From NCBI GenBank assembly GCA_036172245.1, contig JAYWIR010000019.1, forward strand, positions 1,612,001-1,676,000: a DNA stretch of 64,000 nt. Direction: 5' to 3'. Of the stretch, positions 24,175 through 37,920 are shown piece by piece (the stretch's first letter is position 1; each line of letters starts with the position of its first letter). Made by a program: the position numbers and the translations under genes. The notes under the pieces were generated by a model. The model was not told where the DNA came from, made no database searches, and saw nothing but the letters and a program-made list of their open reading frames with translations. The stretch is from Raillietiella orientalis (lineage: Eukaryota).

Positions 24175-27100
24175 GACTACAAAATGCGCTCGGGGAAAGG
24201 AGGAACGAAACGTCCACAAGAGCGTTGCACGCTCCGCAAACACACAAACATACACATACACGTGTTCATTACGCACAGGCACCGGCTGTACGCACTTGTA
24301 CATCGCACCGCAAGAAAAAGCGCGCACGGCCGAGATGAATAGGAGAGGAAATGATCGTAACAAATGAAGTCGCATCTCCATCAGTCATGGAGCACGTCCG
24401 GGAGACTAATCGAAAGGAGCAACAAAGGAACGGAAGAAAGAGTGGACTTGGGCAGCCTCGGAGCGGGACCGAAAGGAAACCCCCAGGCCTCGTGGGTCAG
24501 TCGCCATCCTGCAGTTCGTTAACGCATGGCTTTCGCGCCTCCGTGCCGTCTGCGCGAGGATGCACACGCGCGTGAGTACGGACTCACCCGGCAGCGTGGA
24601 ACCCCCCAGAGAGAACCGTACGAGGTGCGCGCGCGGATGTACAGGGACGGAAGGCTGCGGAGAAATGGCCGGCACGGGCGAGGAGCGCCTCCGGCGGAGG
24701 ATGGGGGGGTTGCCAGCGGTTTGATGAATGGACTCTTGTTGGCGCGTCCATTCCGGCTCACCCCTTGGTTCCCGTGACACGGAAGTCCCTCTCGAAGGGT
24801 GGATGCGAACGCTATCCGGTACATGGAGATGCTTATTGCGGGCCCTTCCGCCTCTGCAGCCGCGCGGAAATCGTTTGTTTGGATCAGAGGGTCGACCATG
24901 CACAAAGGAAGAAGAGGGAAAAAGAGGAAAGGAGGAAAGAAAGAAAGAAAAAAGGAGGGACGAGACGGGGAGGCCGGGAATCCACGGATGGGGCACGAGC
25001 AGGAAGCGCTCCTGGATATGTGATCGGCGACAGGGCTGCGACGGCAGAGGAGCGAGGTAGAGTCCTCGTCTTTAGGCGGTGGCCCACCTCGCTTTCGGGG
25101 CGAGTCCGTCGCCATCCGGAGCGTCACCGGACCGCGTCCACATGCGCTGCCCCATGAACGACAGGCTCACGGAGACATGATCTGCCGCGCGACCCCTCCG
25201 CGAGGAGGATTGGAAGCTAGACGGGACGAGAAGCGAATAAACAAGGAATAAATAATCCGGCAGCAGTCCCCGCTGTTCCCGTTTCGAGCGGATGCCGTCG
25301 GAAGCTCCCTTCGTCGCCGCCGCTGCCTCGGGTGAGAGCGTTCCGGGCTCAGGAAGGGATAAGACTCGCTCGTCGGAAGGGATAAGACATTCATGGCACT
25401 TGGCGCACTCGTCACTCGCCGTCCTGCCGGCCTCTCCCGGAGCAGCACAGCACCTGCGGGCACTCCAGCGCCCGGGACAGACACCTCGCGCGGCTCGCGG
25501 CCAGATGCGACTCCAGGACACCCTCCCTCCTTCTCCTCTGCCTCTTCCCGGGATCGGCCTGGACTTGCGCGGAGCTCCGGAGTGAGCTCCCAGGTTCGCC
25601 GGCGGGATGGCACCGCCGCTCACGGAGCTCGGAGCGGCCCGGCTCGTGCCACGGGAGGAGAACAGACGTGGCCAGCGTGAGCTTCCGGGGACGAAGCGGC
25701 CGACCTCGCCTCCGGAGGTAAGCTCCCTGGCAGCTGGCAGGCGCACGCAGGTTTCGGCTGCGGCATGGCGGGACCGGAGGGCGCGGTGTCGCCGACGCGG
25801 GAACGATGCCTGGCAACCGCACGCAACGGCGAGCGGATCGCCTTTGCCCGCGACAGACGTAGGAGCTCAGCTTCTGGAGCAGGTCTACGCGACCATGGAG
25901 ATGCGCGGCAGGATGGAGACGGTGGGACGAAGAGGTGGAAGAGGAAAAGGAGGCTGGGAGGAAGAGCCGAGGGGCTGCTCCTGCCCTGGCGGCCCGATAC
26001 GACCCCTACCGACGGCGAAGTTCAGCCTCGAGGCACCTGCATGGGTTGGCGCCGCAGAGGATGTCGCTTGGATCCAGCGAGCACCGACCACCCTCTGCCC
26101 ACGCTCCCATCCCCCTCGATCATCGGTTTCTTGTCTCTGGCTTTCGCTCCTGCTGCGCTGACTTTCTCTCCTGGCCTCGGAAAGAACACTCTTCCTTCCT
26201 CCTCCCCTCCCCTATCCCCTCCGCCACAAATCCCCCAAACAAAACTCCAGGGCAAGAGGGGTGATCGGAAGTACCCTCGTCGCTCGTTCCCCTTTCCTGT
26301 CGGCACCGCCGCGCCCGTCCCCACTCGGTCTCGCCTCCCTCCAGACCCCGGGGCTCCCTCGCGCGTAGCCGCCGCGGAGACCTCGAAAACGCGCTCTCTC
26401 GGCCGGGCGGCACGAGGGTGCATCACGAGATGCCGTCGTCACGCCAACCCTGCCTGATTTATTTATCAGCGCTTGCTGTCGCCGCCTTTTGGAGCTCCGG
26501 GAAGAGCGCGACGGGGATGCCTCCTGTCCGAGGAATCCCCCTTTCTCTTTCTTTCCCCTCCCCCCTTTTGCCCATCTCTCAGGCAAGGGGAGAGGGATGC
26601 TGGGACGCACCCGGAGCAGACTCGCACGCTTCCCTTTCGTCTGCAAGATCAATAAGCTTCCTTCCCCTCACCTCCTTCCTTCTCCCCCTCTTTTTTTCTT
26701 TCTTTCTTCTTGCCGCAGAGGCCGCGGTGATCGCAAATTACAAATCGCGCGACTCCCTTCCTTCGAGCGGCCTCCTGGAGGCGCTTGCGAAACTCCCAGA
26801 GCTCCCATCTCCCAGTGCGCATCTCCTACCCCCCTGTAGCCCCGCGGACAGCCTCCGAGAGTCTCCCGGGGAGGAAGGGGTCCGACAGGGCGACCTACGT
26901 CCACGGCGCAGCGTGCAGCGGTGCTCCCGCTGAACTTCACGTTCCTCTACCCACCTACCCACCCGGACCATGCCATTGACTGGCTACGCCCTCAGATAGA
27001 ACCACTCACTCGGGACCGGAAAGCGGAGCAGCCACCTAGTTCCCTTAGGCAGGTCCGTCCATTTTCTGCGCAATTCTGCAGGGTGGACGGACGCTCGGTG

Positions 27101-30100
27101 GACCCTTCCTCCTTTCCCCCCTCCTCCCTCTTCCGCCTTCTCGTTCTTGTTGCGAGAAATGCTCCCAAAGCTGTAGGGGAGACCTGTAATGATTCCGCGA
27201 CCCCGCGACAGGGGAGGAGAAGGAGGGACTGACCCCTTTCTTCACCCTCTCTCCCTGCTGCCCGGACCCGCGCGCTCCGGCGGAAACTTCCGCTGCGGGC
27301 CATCACTGGCATCCTCCTTTGCAGTCCCCCGCGGACGCGCGCCCTACTGGTTACCCAGGGCGCGCACGGGCGCCGCCGTCCGATCGAGGAGGCACTGCGC
27401 GTGCCGGCGCTTTGCACGCCGTCTCGCCTCTCGGTGGCGCACGCGCAGAGCGGAGGACCGAGGCTTCTGCGCAGGCGAGGCGAAGCGGCCGACCCGCAGG
27501 CACTGCCTCCGCCAGCGGAAGGGAATCTCCCGGGAAACGTTCTGGGAAGATGGCACGGGCGGGGGTATTGGGAGGGAGTCGCTAGAGGTCGGCTCCGCCG
27601 CAGCCACGTCTCGCATTCCGCGCGGGCGCGCGTACGTCGACAAGGAACCTCCCTCGGTCGTCCTGCGGCTTCTCCCTTTGCCGACTTCCCTCCTCTCCCT
27701 CCCCCGCTGCCACTGGGACAGCCGTACTGCCCGCGGAGATGGAAGGGTCCGCAGAGACCGCCAACGTCATCCACTCTCCTTTCGTCCTCTTCCTAGGACC
27801 GCCAACATTCGCAAAACGACGGCGCGCGTGTGCCGCGCTCCTTGCATCGTGAGGGAGAGCGGTGGAAGGGCTCCTAGTGGAGGCCCAGGGACGCCGGGAC
27901 CGACGACAACGGCGACCAGCTCCTTGGCGCCACGCTGCGCGCTTTCCCCGTAGGGAGAGACTCTGCGGCGTAAAAGTGGCGCACTGCCAGCCGAGATGGG
28001 CGGTGACTCCTCGAGAAAAAGGGAGAGAAGGGCGAGGGAGATCCAGGGACGCGCTTGTGGGCGGCCAATCGAACGCTACTGAGCTCCCAGTCGAGGTCCC
28101 CAGGAGGGATCCTTCCTTCCCCGACGCCCGTCTCGAGGAGGGGCATCGCTCTCGCGCTATCGGAGTGATGACTCCGAAGGTTAGGGTAGCGACGCTGGTG
28201 ATGATGGAGGTGCTGCTGCTGCTGCTGGCGGTAGCGGTGGAGACGGTGGAGGTGGCCGCGGGGAAGGAGCGAGAAGGGCACCCGCAGCCATGGAGACGGC
28301 GGCGTTTCCGGCAAATGCAATGGGTGACCGCCGGTTCACCCATTGCATTTGTCGGGACCGCCGCTACCCGGAAAGGCTATCACGGGTGCTGCTCTCCTGC
28401 CTCCTTCTTGCCCCCTCTCCCAACCTCGCGCGCGAGAGAGAGGTGGGATTGCTACGAGCGACCAGCACGTCTCCCGGGGCAACGCGCCTAGGAGACGGCA
28501 CGGCCCGCGCGAAGGGCGCAGTCCCCGACGTTTGGGCGCTTTCGTCGTCTTTGGCGATAGGATGCGCGGGCTGTTTGGGCTGCGGTCAGCGCCGTGGCTG
28601 CACCGCGGTCCTGCCTGAAGAAAAAGGCGCCTCAGGCTGCTTGCAGAAGTCCCTCCCGCGAAGAAGGGAGGCGGGGGGGAGGGGGAGGAGGATATGAAGA
28701 TATGCCTTGAGTCCTGAGGACAACTTATGGCGCTTCCTCCCCTGTCTCTCAGAGGCCGACCGGCAGCAGCTCCCCACCACTGCGGGCACGGCATTTCCAC
28801 AGGACACCCCCAGGTGGCCCGCACCTTCGTCCACACCGGCGTTCCCAGCACTGAGGGCCCAGGTTTCGGCCGGGCCGCACACCGCCACGGGCGTCGCAGG
28901 GCGCGATCTTGCGATCCGACACTAAGGGAAGGCAGCGATGTGGCACTCGAGGTCAGCGGCAGAGTGGCTTCCCCGGGAAGTCGACAGAAGTAGCCGTCCC
29001 GAGGACGCGCTGGGGGCGAGCTGCGCGTTTCGATGCTCGCGCCACCTGCCGCGCTCGGCGATGTACTTCCGAAGTGCCCGGCAGAGTGTGTTGTTGTTGT
29101 CGCCTCTCCGCTGCATCCACCGTTGCTGTTTTGTGTGTAAACAAAGCAAAACAGCAGCAGTGGCCAGCAGCAGTGCGACGGGAGGAGAGGGAGGGGGGGA
29201 GGGGAAGAAAGAAAGAAAAAGAAACACGAAGGGCGGGGGTGGGTGGGAGAGAAAAGAAAAAGGCATAAAAAGTCATCTGAAGAGATAATTCGTTTGCGGG
29301 TCTAGCTGTTCCAAGAGCCACAGCCTCGAGAGCTGATCCGTTTCCATAAACGATGGCTTCCAGCCACTCTCTCCCGTGCCCACGCTGCGCCAGCCGCTAA
29401 TCACAGAGAGCGAAGCGGGACTTTTTTGTTTTCGCTGCTGCGGTCGCCGGGCAAGGAACGCCGGCTTCGCTCTGTCATTGGCGCCACGGTTTCCGTGGCG
29501 TGATCCCTTCCCGCCGCCGCCGCTGCCCTCCCCCGGAAAACAGCCGGTAATTAGGATTCCTCGGGAGATTACCTACCTCTTTCGCCCATCACGACCGCTC
29601 GGAGGCTCGGGTCCGCGGACGTCGACGGAGCGCGAGCCGTCGCGACGCGTTCCCGCCGGGAGACGTAAATTGGAGAGGCCTCGCCAGCAATGACAAGCCC
29701 GAAATAAAAAGGCTGATTATAAGGGGTGTGGGCGCCTGAGATCGTCCGGGCCTAATGAAAGGTTGCTGGGGCTGATCTGGCCGTGGGTCAGAAAACGTTT
29801 AATTCGTTTAATAACACGTCACGGGCGACCCTGGCGCCACGGCTCCCAGCAGCGAGCGCATTTATGGGAGGCGAGTAATGATAAGAGGCCCGCCGATTTA
29901 CTCCTGATGGTGTCATCATTTCCGAGCCAGCGTTCACCGGTCGCCCCGGGCGCTCTCGCCGTTTACCCGTAATCACACTTCTCGCCGGCGCAATAAATCA
30001 GTTTGTTCACAGATTGTTAGTTCTGTAGAAGACACGCTCGGCGGCTGGCGAGGCGTGCGCGCCATCGGCCCGGGATACGCGCCGCCTGCGCGCCCCAGGT

Positions 30101-33100
30101 GGCGGCGGAGGGCGCGGGAGCGCGGTCGGGGGAGGCGCGAGCCGGCCCGGAAGCACCTTCTGCCCGGTCCGGGAGCGCTCCCAGAGGCGGTGGACGTCGA
30201 TCTGGCATCCAGTTCGCGCCACGCCACGATCTCCACCGTCCTCCTTGCCACCAAGGCGACGATACTCGCCATCATCGTCGTGGTCATCACCAGCACAGCA
30301 CCATCAAAGAGTGGGGCAGGCGGGCAGGGCTTCCTCCGCCGCTCGCTCCCCTCCGCCGTCGAAGCCGCACGTGTACGCAGGGGCAGTGGACGGAGGTGTG
30401 CGTGGTGGTCCCCGTCCACACCACCGGAAGGAGTTGCGGCGGGAGATGGGGCCAGGATAAACCCTTCTAGGAGAGGGCCGAGATCCTCTCCTCCCCTGCA
30501 GAAGACGCGTCCTTGGGTCAGCGAGGGTCCGCGAGCGCCTCCCCCTCTCCCTTTCCTTCCTCTCGAGTGGAGTTGCATTCGGCCACGCACACTGCAGCGC
30601 AGGACTTCGCGGCCGACGGAGGCGCGAGGAGCGCTCCCTTCGGCTCCCACGGGAGACAGTGGCTGCGGGCAAAGAAGCCCTACAGTGCCCCTACTCCTCT
30701 CTCCTCTTCCTTCGAGCGGGATGAGTCCGGTCCTCCGCGCGACAACGGAACACCGCCGCGCACATAACCCTGGATCGGTCGGTAGTCCCGGGTGCGGACG
30801 CGGGTGGGGGCGGCTCTCCCGGATCGCCCGCGCACGTCTCGGCAGAGTAAACTCTCAGCGCGACTGCTCTCGTGCCATCTGGCGGACCTTGAGGGAAACG
30901 TTCGGGCAATGGCTCTCCATCGCTCGGGCGGGGACTCATCCATTTCCCGTCGGGGAGGGGCAAGAGCGGTTCGGGGATCGAGTCCCGGTCTCCTCGGATT
31001 GCCTCCCGGCGTTGTGACCATCCGCCACAGGGTCTTTTCGACCAAAGAGCATCGCTACGCGCCCGCTCCACTCTGCTCCAACTCTCCAGCAGTTTCTGAC
31101 CGCTTCCTAGGAAGCTCGCGCGACCTGGAGTTGGCAGGGAATGCGAGGAGGTCACTGCGAAATGTGAGGAGGCTGACGGCCCGAGGCACTGTGCTCGCGG
31201 AACGCAGCAGCGTTGGGTGATCTCTCAGCAGCATCCGCTGCGGGGTTCTGCAGCCGGTTCCGGATGCATCAGCAACACTGGTGTCCCCGGCCTCCCTCTC
31301 TGCTGGTCCGCCAGTGCCTAGCAACGCCGGAGGAAGATCGCGGGAGCAGACAAAACAGGGGGAAGGCAGTGCCGGAGGTCCTCGCTCGGGTCTGCAGCCA
31401 CCTCTGAAACAGAGGCTGCCCTCTCGTCGAGTGCAACCTGAGCCTCTCCGGGTTCCCAACCGGTCAGCGGGGAAGTGGCCGAAAAGCCAGGCCTCCCATG
31501 GACCACCGGTGAGCCAGGGAGGGACCCGTGCCCAAGCTGCACTCCACGTAGACGCGGGGGGGGGGAAAGGAGGATGTCGCAGAGTCCAATTGAGGAAATT
31601 CGGCAGTCTGGCTGGCACAGTGCTTGCTCAGGGAGGATAGCAAGGCGTCCTTGAGGCAGCTACTGCTCCTGCAAAAGACCGTCCGGCAAGGAACTTTGAC
31701 GCAACGACCCTTGCAGACGTGGTTCCGCCCTCCGGACTGAATGCGTTGTTCGCCTTCGCCAGCTCTGCCCCACAGGGTCCAGGGGTGCCTCCATGGAGGC
31801 TTGCGGCGCTGGGCTCCCCCTGTGCCTCCCGGCAGGACGAATACACAGTACCGCTCGACCTTGGGCGCGCGCGCCTTCGGGAACGGCCTAATGGGAGCTG
31901 CTGCGTTCGGAAGGGCCGCTTTCCTCCGAGTCCGCCACCCCGGGAATCCGCGTATCGTCCTTCCTCCGCCAGCGGAGAGAACCTGCAAAGCACATCCGGG
32001 CAGCTGCTCCCCCCTGACCCCGTGCCAGTGAGAGCACGCCTCCCCCTCCCCCCAGAATCTCCTTAGGCCGTCCCGATGCGACTTGTCCCGTGCCCGAACC
32101 TGCCTGACGAGGACGCCCGGCCGCGAAGGGTTGCCTGGCAGTTCCATCCGGGAGCGAGGAAACTCTGCCTCCTCAAAAGTCCCCGTGCGCCCCGGCAACC
32201 GTCGGACCTCGCTGAGAAGTGGCGCGCGGCCACTTGCGAAAGTCTGCTCCAGCGGCGTCGCTGACCGCGTCGCGGCATTCGCACCGGCAGTACCGCCGCC
32301 GCGACCAGAGGAGCCCCCGTGGAGCGAGTCGCTCGGAGCGGCTTCCTACCACGCCGCCGGCGCCGCCGCCGAGCTCCTCCAAGAGACCCGCCCGCAGAGG
32401 AGCTCCCGTTCGCCCTCACCGGGTCACTCCCAGATGCCTCCAGCGTCCAGTCGGGGTCGCCGCTCTTTTCGGGAGCAGCCGGACTTTCGCGAGCCCTTCG
32501 CATCGGAGTCCGCCCGACGCATCCCGCAATACGAACGCGGCTGGCCGTCTCCTGGGTCACCGTAACACACACCCCCACAAGCCTGCTTGACTCGGCCGGA
32601 GGAGGAACGGAGCAGATTTCACGGCAGTGACTTTCCGGTAGCATCCCGGGGTCGTTCCAAGGACCAGCACGCGACGGGCGCGAAATCCCGACTTTTCGGT
32701 GTTTGCGAGTCTCTCCGATCCGCCCGCTGGCGGCAAAGCCGGCGCGGTCCGGCCGATGCAGGGCGTTCTCTCTACGCTTTTCCTTTCCGCCGCCTCTGCC
32801 AGCTGCATTCTCCTTGCCAGGCAGAGTTCGTGCGGGGTCGCCTCCACGCACACAGCCGCCACCAGGCAAAATCTTTTTTTTTTGTTCTTTCACTCGTTCT
32901 GGGCTGCTTCTTCATCTTCAAGCACGGTCGAGTTCGTGCATCTGACCTTTTGTTCTTGATGAGTGCTTGACGGCCGAGTGCCGAAATGCTGGGGTGCTGC
33001 GCGCGGTCGTCGCTGGTGCCGACGAAACCTTCCTGCAGGACTGCCCGTCGTCCCTCGTTAGGCCGGTTAGGCAGGTGGGTCCCGCGTTTCCCGCCGCCCT

Positions 33101-36100
33101 TGAAGTCTTCCTTGCCACAGCGCAGGCAGCACGCTGCTGCTTTGTACTCGTCAGCAGCCAGCCCGCAGGCCGCTCCCTTTCAGCGACACCGCCAGAAACG
33201 ATTTCGCGTCAGATGTGATGTTTCGTCACATAACGAGGACAAATTCATTTTCGCGCGGCATGACGTGTGCCGTTAATGAAATGCAGCGTGCTTTCTTTGT
33301 TTTTTTTTTTCTTTTTTTCTCTGTGGAGTCGTCGAACCCAATTCCTCGGAAGGCGCAGCGTGGGGGGGGGGAAGGGGGGGGGACGAAAATTTGCGGTCTC
33401 GGCGCTGTCGTTCCTGAGGAGCGTGCGGTCCCGGAGGAGGTCGTGGGCCCCGAGATTCGTCGACGAGCAGACCGGGCAGAGGACGTTCCCGTAAGCCGCG
33501 CGCGCGCGACCCCGCGTCTCCACGCCTGAGACCAGACCGCAGCTGCCGAAATTCACTCTGCTGCAGCAGCAGCAGCAGCAGCAGCCTTTTGCGGGACGTT
33601 TTGAAACTCGGATCTGCGTGCGCGCGATTTTCCACACGCCGATGAACGGAAACGTTGCGGAGCTGCTTCCGCCGTTTGCCACTCTTGCGACTGTGCCACA
33701 CGTGCCACATCGCTGACGTGCGTTCACGTTATGAATGAGTCAGGCGGGAGGAGCCAAGACAAATCCATCGTGCATCCACCCGAAGGTCAGCGAAGGAAAA
33801 CGCTGCTTACTGAACGGGAGTCCGTTCCGTCCCTGGAAAGAAATATCCGCATAAATCAGCTCTGCATAAGAGAACGTTCTTCGCCGCTGTTGCTGCTACT
33901 ACGCTGCGTGCGTGCATGGGTGTGTGCGTTTCTTTCTCCTTCCTGGCTTACCATTACAGAGATGGCGGAAGCGGAGTAGCTCCGTGGGAAACCGTAGCCA
34001 CGAATTTGAACCGCGAAAGAGAAAAGGGGAAATTCGTGGGGGAAAATTTACAAAGGCTAAAACTGATCAAAGATTGGGGGGGGGGGAGAGAGAGAGAGAG
34101 AAGCACCTTCGGCAAGGAGGGAGGAGGAGGAACAGGACACGTAGCTCCGTGAACCGGACGAATCAGCATCGGGAATTCTTCGATAGGAACCGGCAGGGTG
34201 AGAGCTCGTGAGGCGAAAGTCGAAAGCTCGCACGGGCGGAATCCTCGACCGGGGTATGGGAACCGTGGCGGTCGCGTGCTCACCGTTCGCGCGCGCCTTC
34301 GAGCTCACAGCAGAATGTAAGGGTGCGCGGCGGCACGGAAGGCAGGCTGGGAGCGCCCGCCGCATGCGTATCGAAACCGCCTGAGCAGCTTTCGCGAAGG
34401 ACCACCTTAATCTTCCGGCTGGAAGTCATCCGAAGAGGTCGTCGCCACCCTTGCGTTCCGAAAGGGGGCAGCAGGGAGTGGGTCTCAATTTGCTTCGAAA
34501 GACACCTCGGCTGCCTCCAGCACTGCCGCCGTGGGACGGAAGGCAGCCTTTGCGGAGAAACGTCGCGGCGGCAAACCTCTTCGACAAGGTGTCCGTGCAC
34601 GAAATCCCGGAATCGTCCGTTTCGCCAGTGCCACGGCGGGAAACGTTCCGATCCAGCGCAGGTTTCGCCTTCCCTAGTGACTGGACTTTGTGGAACGGAT
34701 GCAGTGAATCGTGGGAAGGGACCACTTCTGGACGGTGACAAAACGGCAGCCGTTCGGAGAAGCAGATTTCCGGGTGCCGCCTCGGCCACCGCCACCACCA
34801 AACACAGCTCCGAGCAAACTGCAAAACGAATGTTCGGAGGTCGAAATCCAGTGGGAAAGACGCCTCGACTCCCAGGCATCTCGTTCCCCAGCAAAACCAT
34901 CCTGGAGACACCGCCGCCATCACTCGTAAACGCTGAGCACACGCGAAGATCCACTCCGAATGCCCGGGATGCCATACCTTGGTGGCCTTGGGACCTTGGC
35001 TTCCACAACGGAAGCCAAGACCTTGCCGATAAGAGCAGGGCGGTAAAGTGAAGACAGAAACGGGAGGGAAGCAGACGGAAGAAGAACAGAGTAGCCACTT
35101 GGCGGCCTGTGGCGAAGACCGTGCTAAACGGCATCTTGCGCGGGGCTGCATCGCAGGAGCGTGTCACTCCTGCTGGCCTCTTCTCTTTGCTACCCTCTCC
35201 ATGTCTTTTTCCGTTCCGTATCCTCTTGTCGGAAAACGAAAGTCCCTGACGTCTTGGAACCGAACATTCCATCATCCCTGGGCAAGATCGAAAACTCCCG
35301 TACGGAGCGGTACTCTGCCCGAAACAGTTTCTCCGATCGTCTTTGATGGAAGCACCATCTGGACCGGAAAAAAGGAAAGAAAAAAAAAACAAAAACAAAA
35401 ACGTGGCTAAACATCTCGAGAAATTATCGATTCGGTTACGGATTTACGGCAAGGTGGGGAGCTCAGCTGCATTCTCGGCCGTTTCCGCATGGGCACGTCT
35501 GATTTGCCTTCGGGTTTGGTTGTGCGCCCAAACAGTAACCAATTTTCGATTACATGGGTTGGAACAAATTCGGTGTGATCGCCGAGATGGCATCGGCGAT
35601 CCTGCAGCGCGCGTCCCCGCGGTCCGCAGGGTTGCTGCAAAGGCTTCTTTTTTTTTCTTTTAGAAGGGTGACCAGCGAGAAGCGTGGCGCGGGCGCATCG
35701 TGACGCGTGGGGTCAGCGACGACGCGAGTCGGCGCCGCCGCCCGCCTCTGATGGATGCTGCCTCCGAGGGGAAACGCCGTGTGGACGGAGGCGTAGAGGC
35801 GCAAGAGATCTCACGCGGATCCCGAAGATGAGGGAAGATGACTGGGCGATCTTCGCGGGGGCGCTCTCGGAAAAAATCAAACCGAAGGAACGTAGTGGCG
35901 AAGAGTCGGCCTGCCTCGACCAATCATCTAAAGTTCCCTCGGCAGGAGACTCCTAGCGCCCCATCCGGTTGAAATGCGTCGCCGCTCGACCGTTCCGTTC
36001 GGAGCCGTGATGTGGCGGAGTGCTCCGGGAGCATCCCCTCCGCGTTATCCCGACGGGTGTCCCTCCAGCTGGGGACGGAGCCGCCATTACGCACCGCGCT

Positions 36101-37920
36101 CCTTTACCTGCGGGAACTTCGCCTGCCTCCCGGTTTTGTTTTGCCTTTTCGCCGCGCTTTCTCATGACCGGTGCCCGCCGGGGACCTCGGATCCGAAGGA
36201 CGGGCCAGACGATCCGTCGTCAGGAAACGCCGTCATCCGTGAGCGCCACCCTTGCGTCGCTGTCCAAGCCGCCTGAACTATCAGTAACAGAAGCGGTTTG
36301 GGCTTCTTTTACTGCAGGGCCTGCCCGGTTTACCCTGCGTGAGCGCGCACACGCTTTATGGCATTCGCGAAGCATTCCCCGATCGCTCTACGATGTCGAC
36401 ATGTGCAGCCCCATGGATGCGCGCAGACTTCTCAGGCCGCGAGGGAAAGCTCCTCGATTCTGCTGATCACCGGATGCACGAAATCGTCCTGATTAGGAAG
36501 ATTCGGATGACGATTTCTGATTAGGGAGCCTGCAGCACACTTCCTGTTGCCGTAAACCAGTGGTCCCAGTGATTTACGTCACGTCTCGGTACGGGTTGCA
36601 GTGCGGTGCGCGGCGGCGGTCAACGCACATGCAGCGCCATCTCTTGCCGACGAGGGAAACTGCTGGGCTTCTTCGGACCTGTTCCGAAAGCAACGACCCG
36701 GTAGCCACGTTGGCTTGCAAAGCACCACTCTTCCACGATGGGGCTTCTTCATTCTGGGCTGTTCGTCTGATGCCTGAGACGTGTCCTTGGATCAATACGG
36801 GAAGCGAAATTGTGGCACCCCGGGGCGCGCGTCCACTCCAATGCATCACTGCCACCAGTGCTTTCCGCTTGGATCGTGTTCACGGAACGTTTCTGCGACG
36901 ACAAGACATATATATTCCTAAGGTAATCGTACAAAAAAGCATAGCCGAAAGGAACCCGTCAAGTCATTCAGACGCGGTTCTTCGACTTGTTAAAGACCGA
37001 CCGACTTCGTCGAAGTTCGACTTGGAGCAGCGTTGTAAAGATCAGAGTGGAGTGCAGATTTTCATCCTCCGGACAACTCATTTTGAAAAGTGAAAATCGA
37101 GCGGGACACCGGCTCTTGGGGTACTGGGCCTTCATACAGGATAGGGGATCCCGAGGCTGGCTGGCGCCCTGGAAACGAAAACTTGACCCCAAGCCGCTAG
37201 CGTGTCGGATCTGCACGCCGGGATCGGTTGGCAGGAAGCCCTGCTCCGTGGCAGCGTGGTATGTGGTGGACGGCGCTTTCCAAGGAGCTTCTGGGCAATT
37301 TCCCGGAAAGCCCGCGTGCGAGGCGCATCACACGCACTGTGAAGTCTCTCTCTCTCTCACACACACACACATCTCACATGCTGCAGTTCGCGGCAGATCA
37401 CGTGGGGGCACCATTCAGTGATGTAGCACAGCACAAAGTGCGATGCTGACGAGGGGGGGGGGGGACTACGCTGGAAATGCCGACACAATTTGGATGGACA
37501 CAGCTGCTGTTGACTGCAAGAAAGAAAGAAAACTTCATCGATGCGGTTTTACCTCAAAAATAGCCTTTTTTTTTTTTTTTTTATTCATACTCAGCATTGA
37601 ACCAAGTCGTCTGCACATTTCACTTCTTTTTTCTTTTTCCCCCCATGACGATGACCCCCCCCAAAAAAAAAAGCCTGACATTTTCTGTCTGCAAACGCTG
37701 CTGGAAGTCCACTCCAATCTCTCCATCCGTCGTGCACCAAACTTTCTGCACGGTGAGCTGCTCAACATCCTCGGTGCGAGGCGCCCGGCAGGTCCGGGGT
37801 CCCACGAAAACCGCTCGCATGCAAACGCACCGCAAAAAGAGGTACGAAAAAAAAAAAAAAGAAAGAAAGAAAAACAGCCCCGCGGCGATTTTGCGGTCTT
37901 CCGACTTCCCGAGGCCGACT

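Noticed and set aside
20500..37900. Possible hidden gene between BarH and DDX31 (e.g. ORFs 27582-28343, 29973-30650, 34280-35398, 36560-37093)
   Set aside because: No recognisable domains or coherent exon chain; the hydrophobic stretches derive from triplet repeats.
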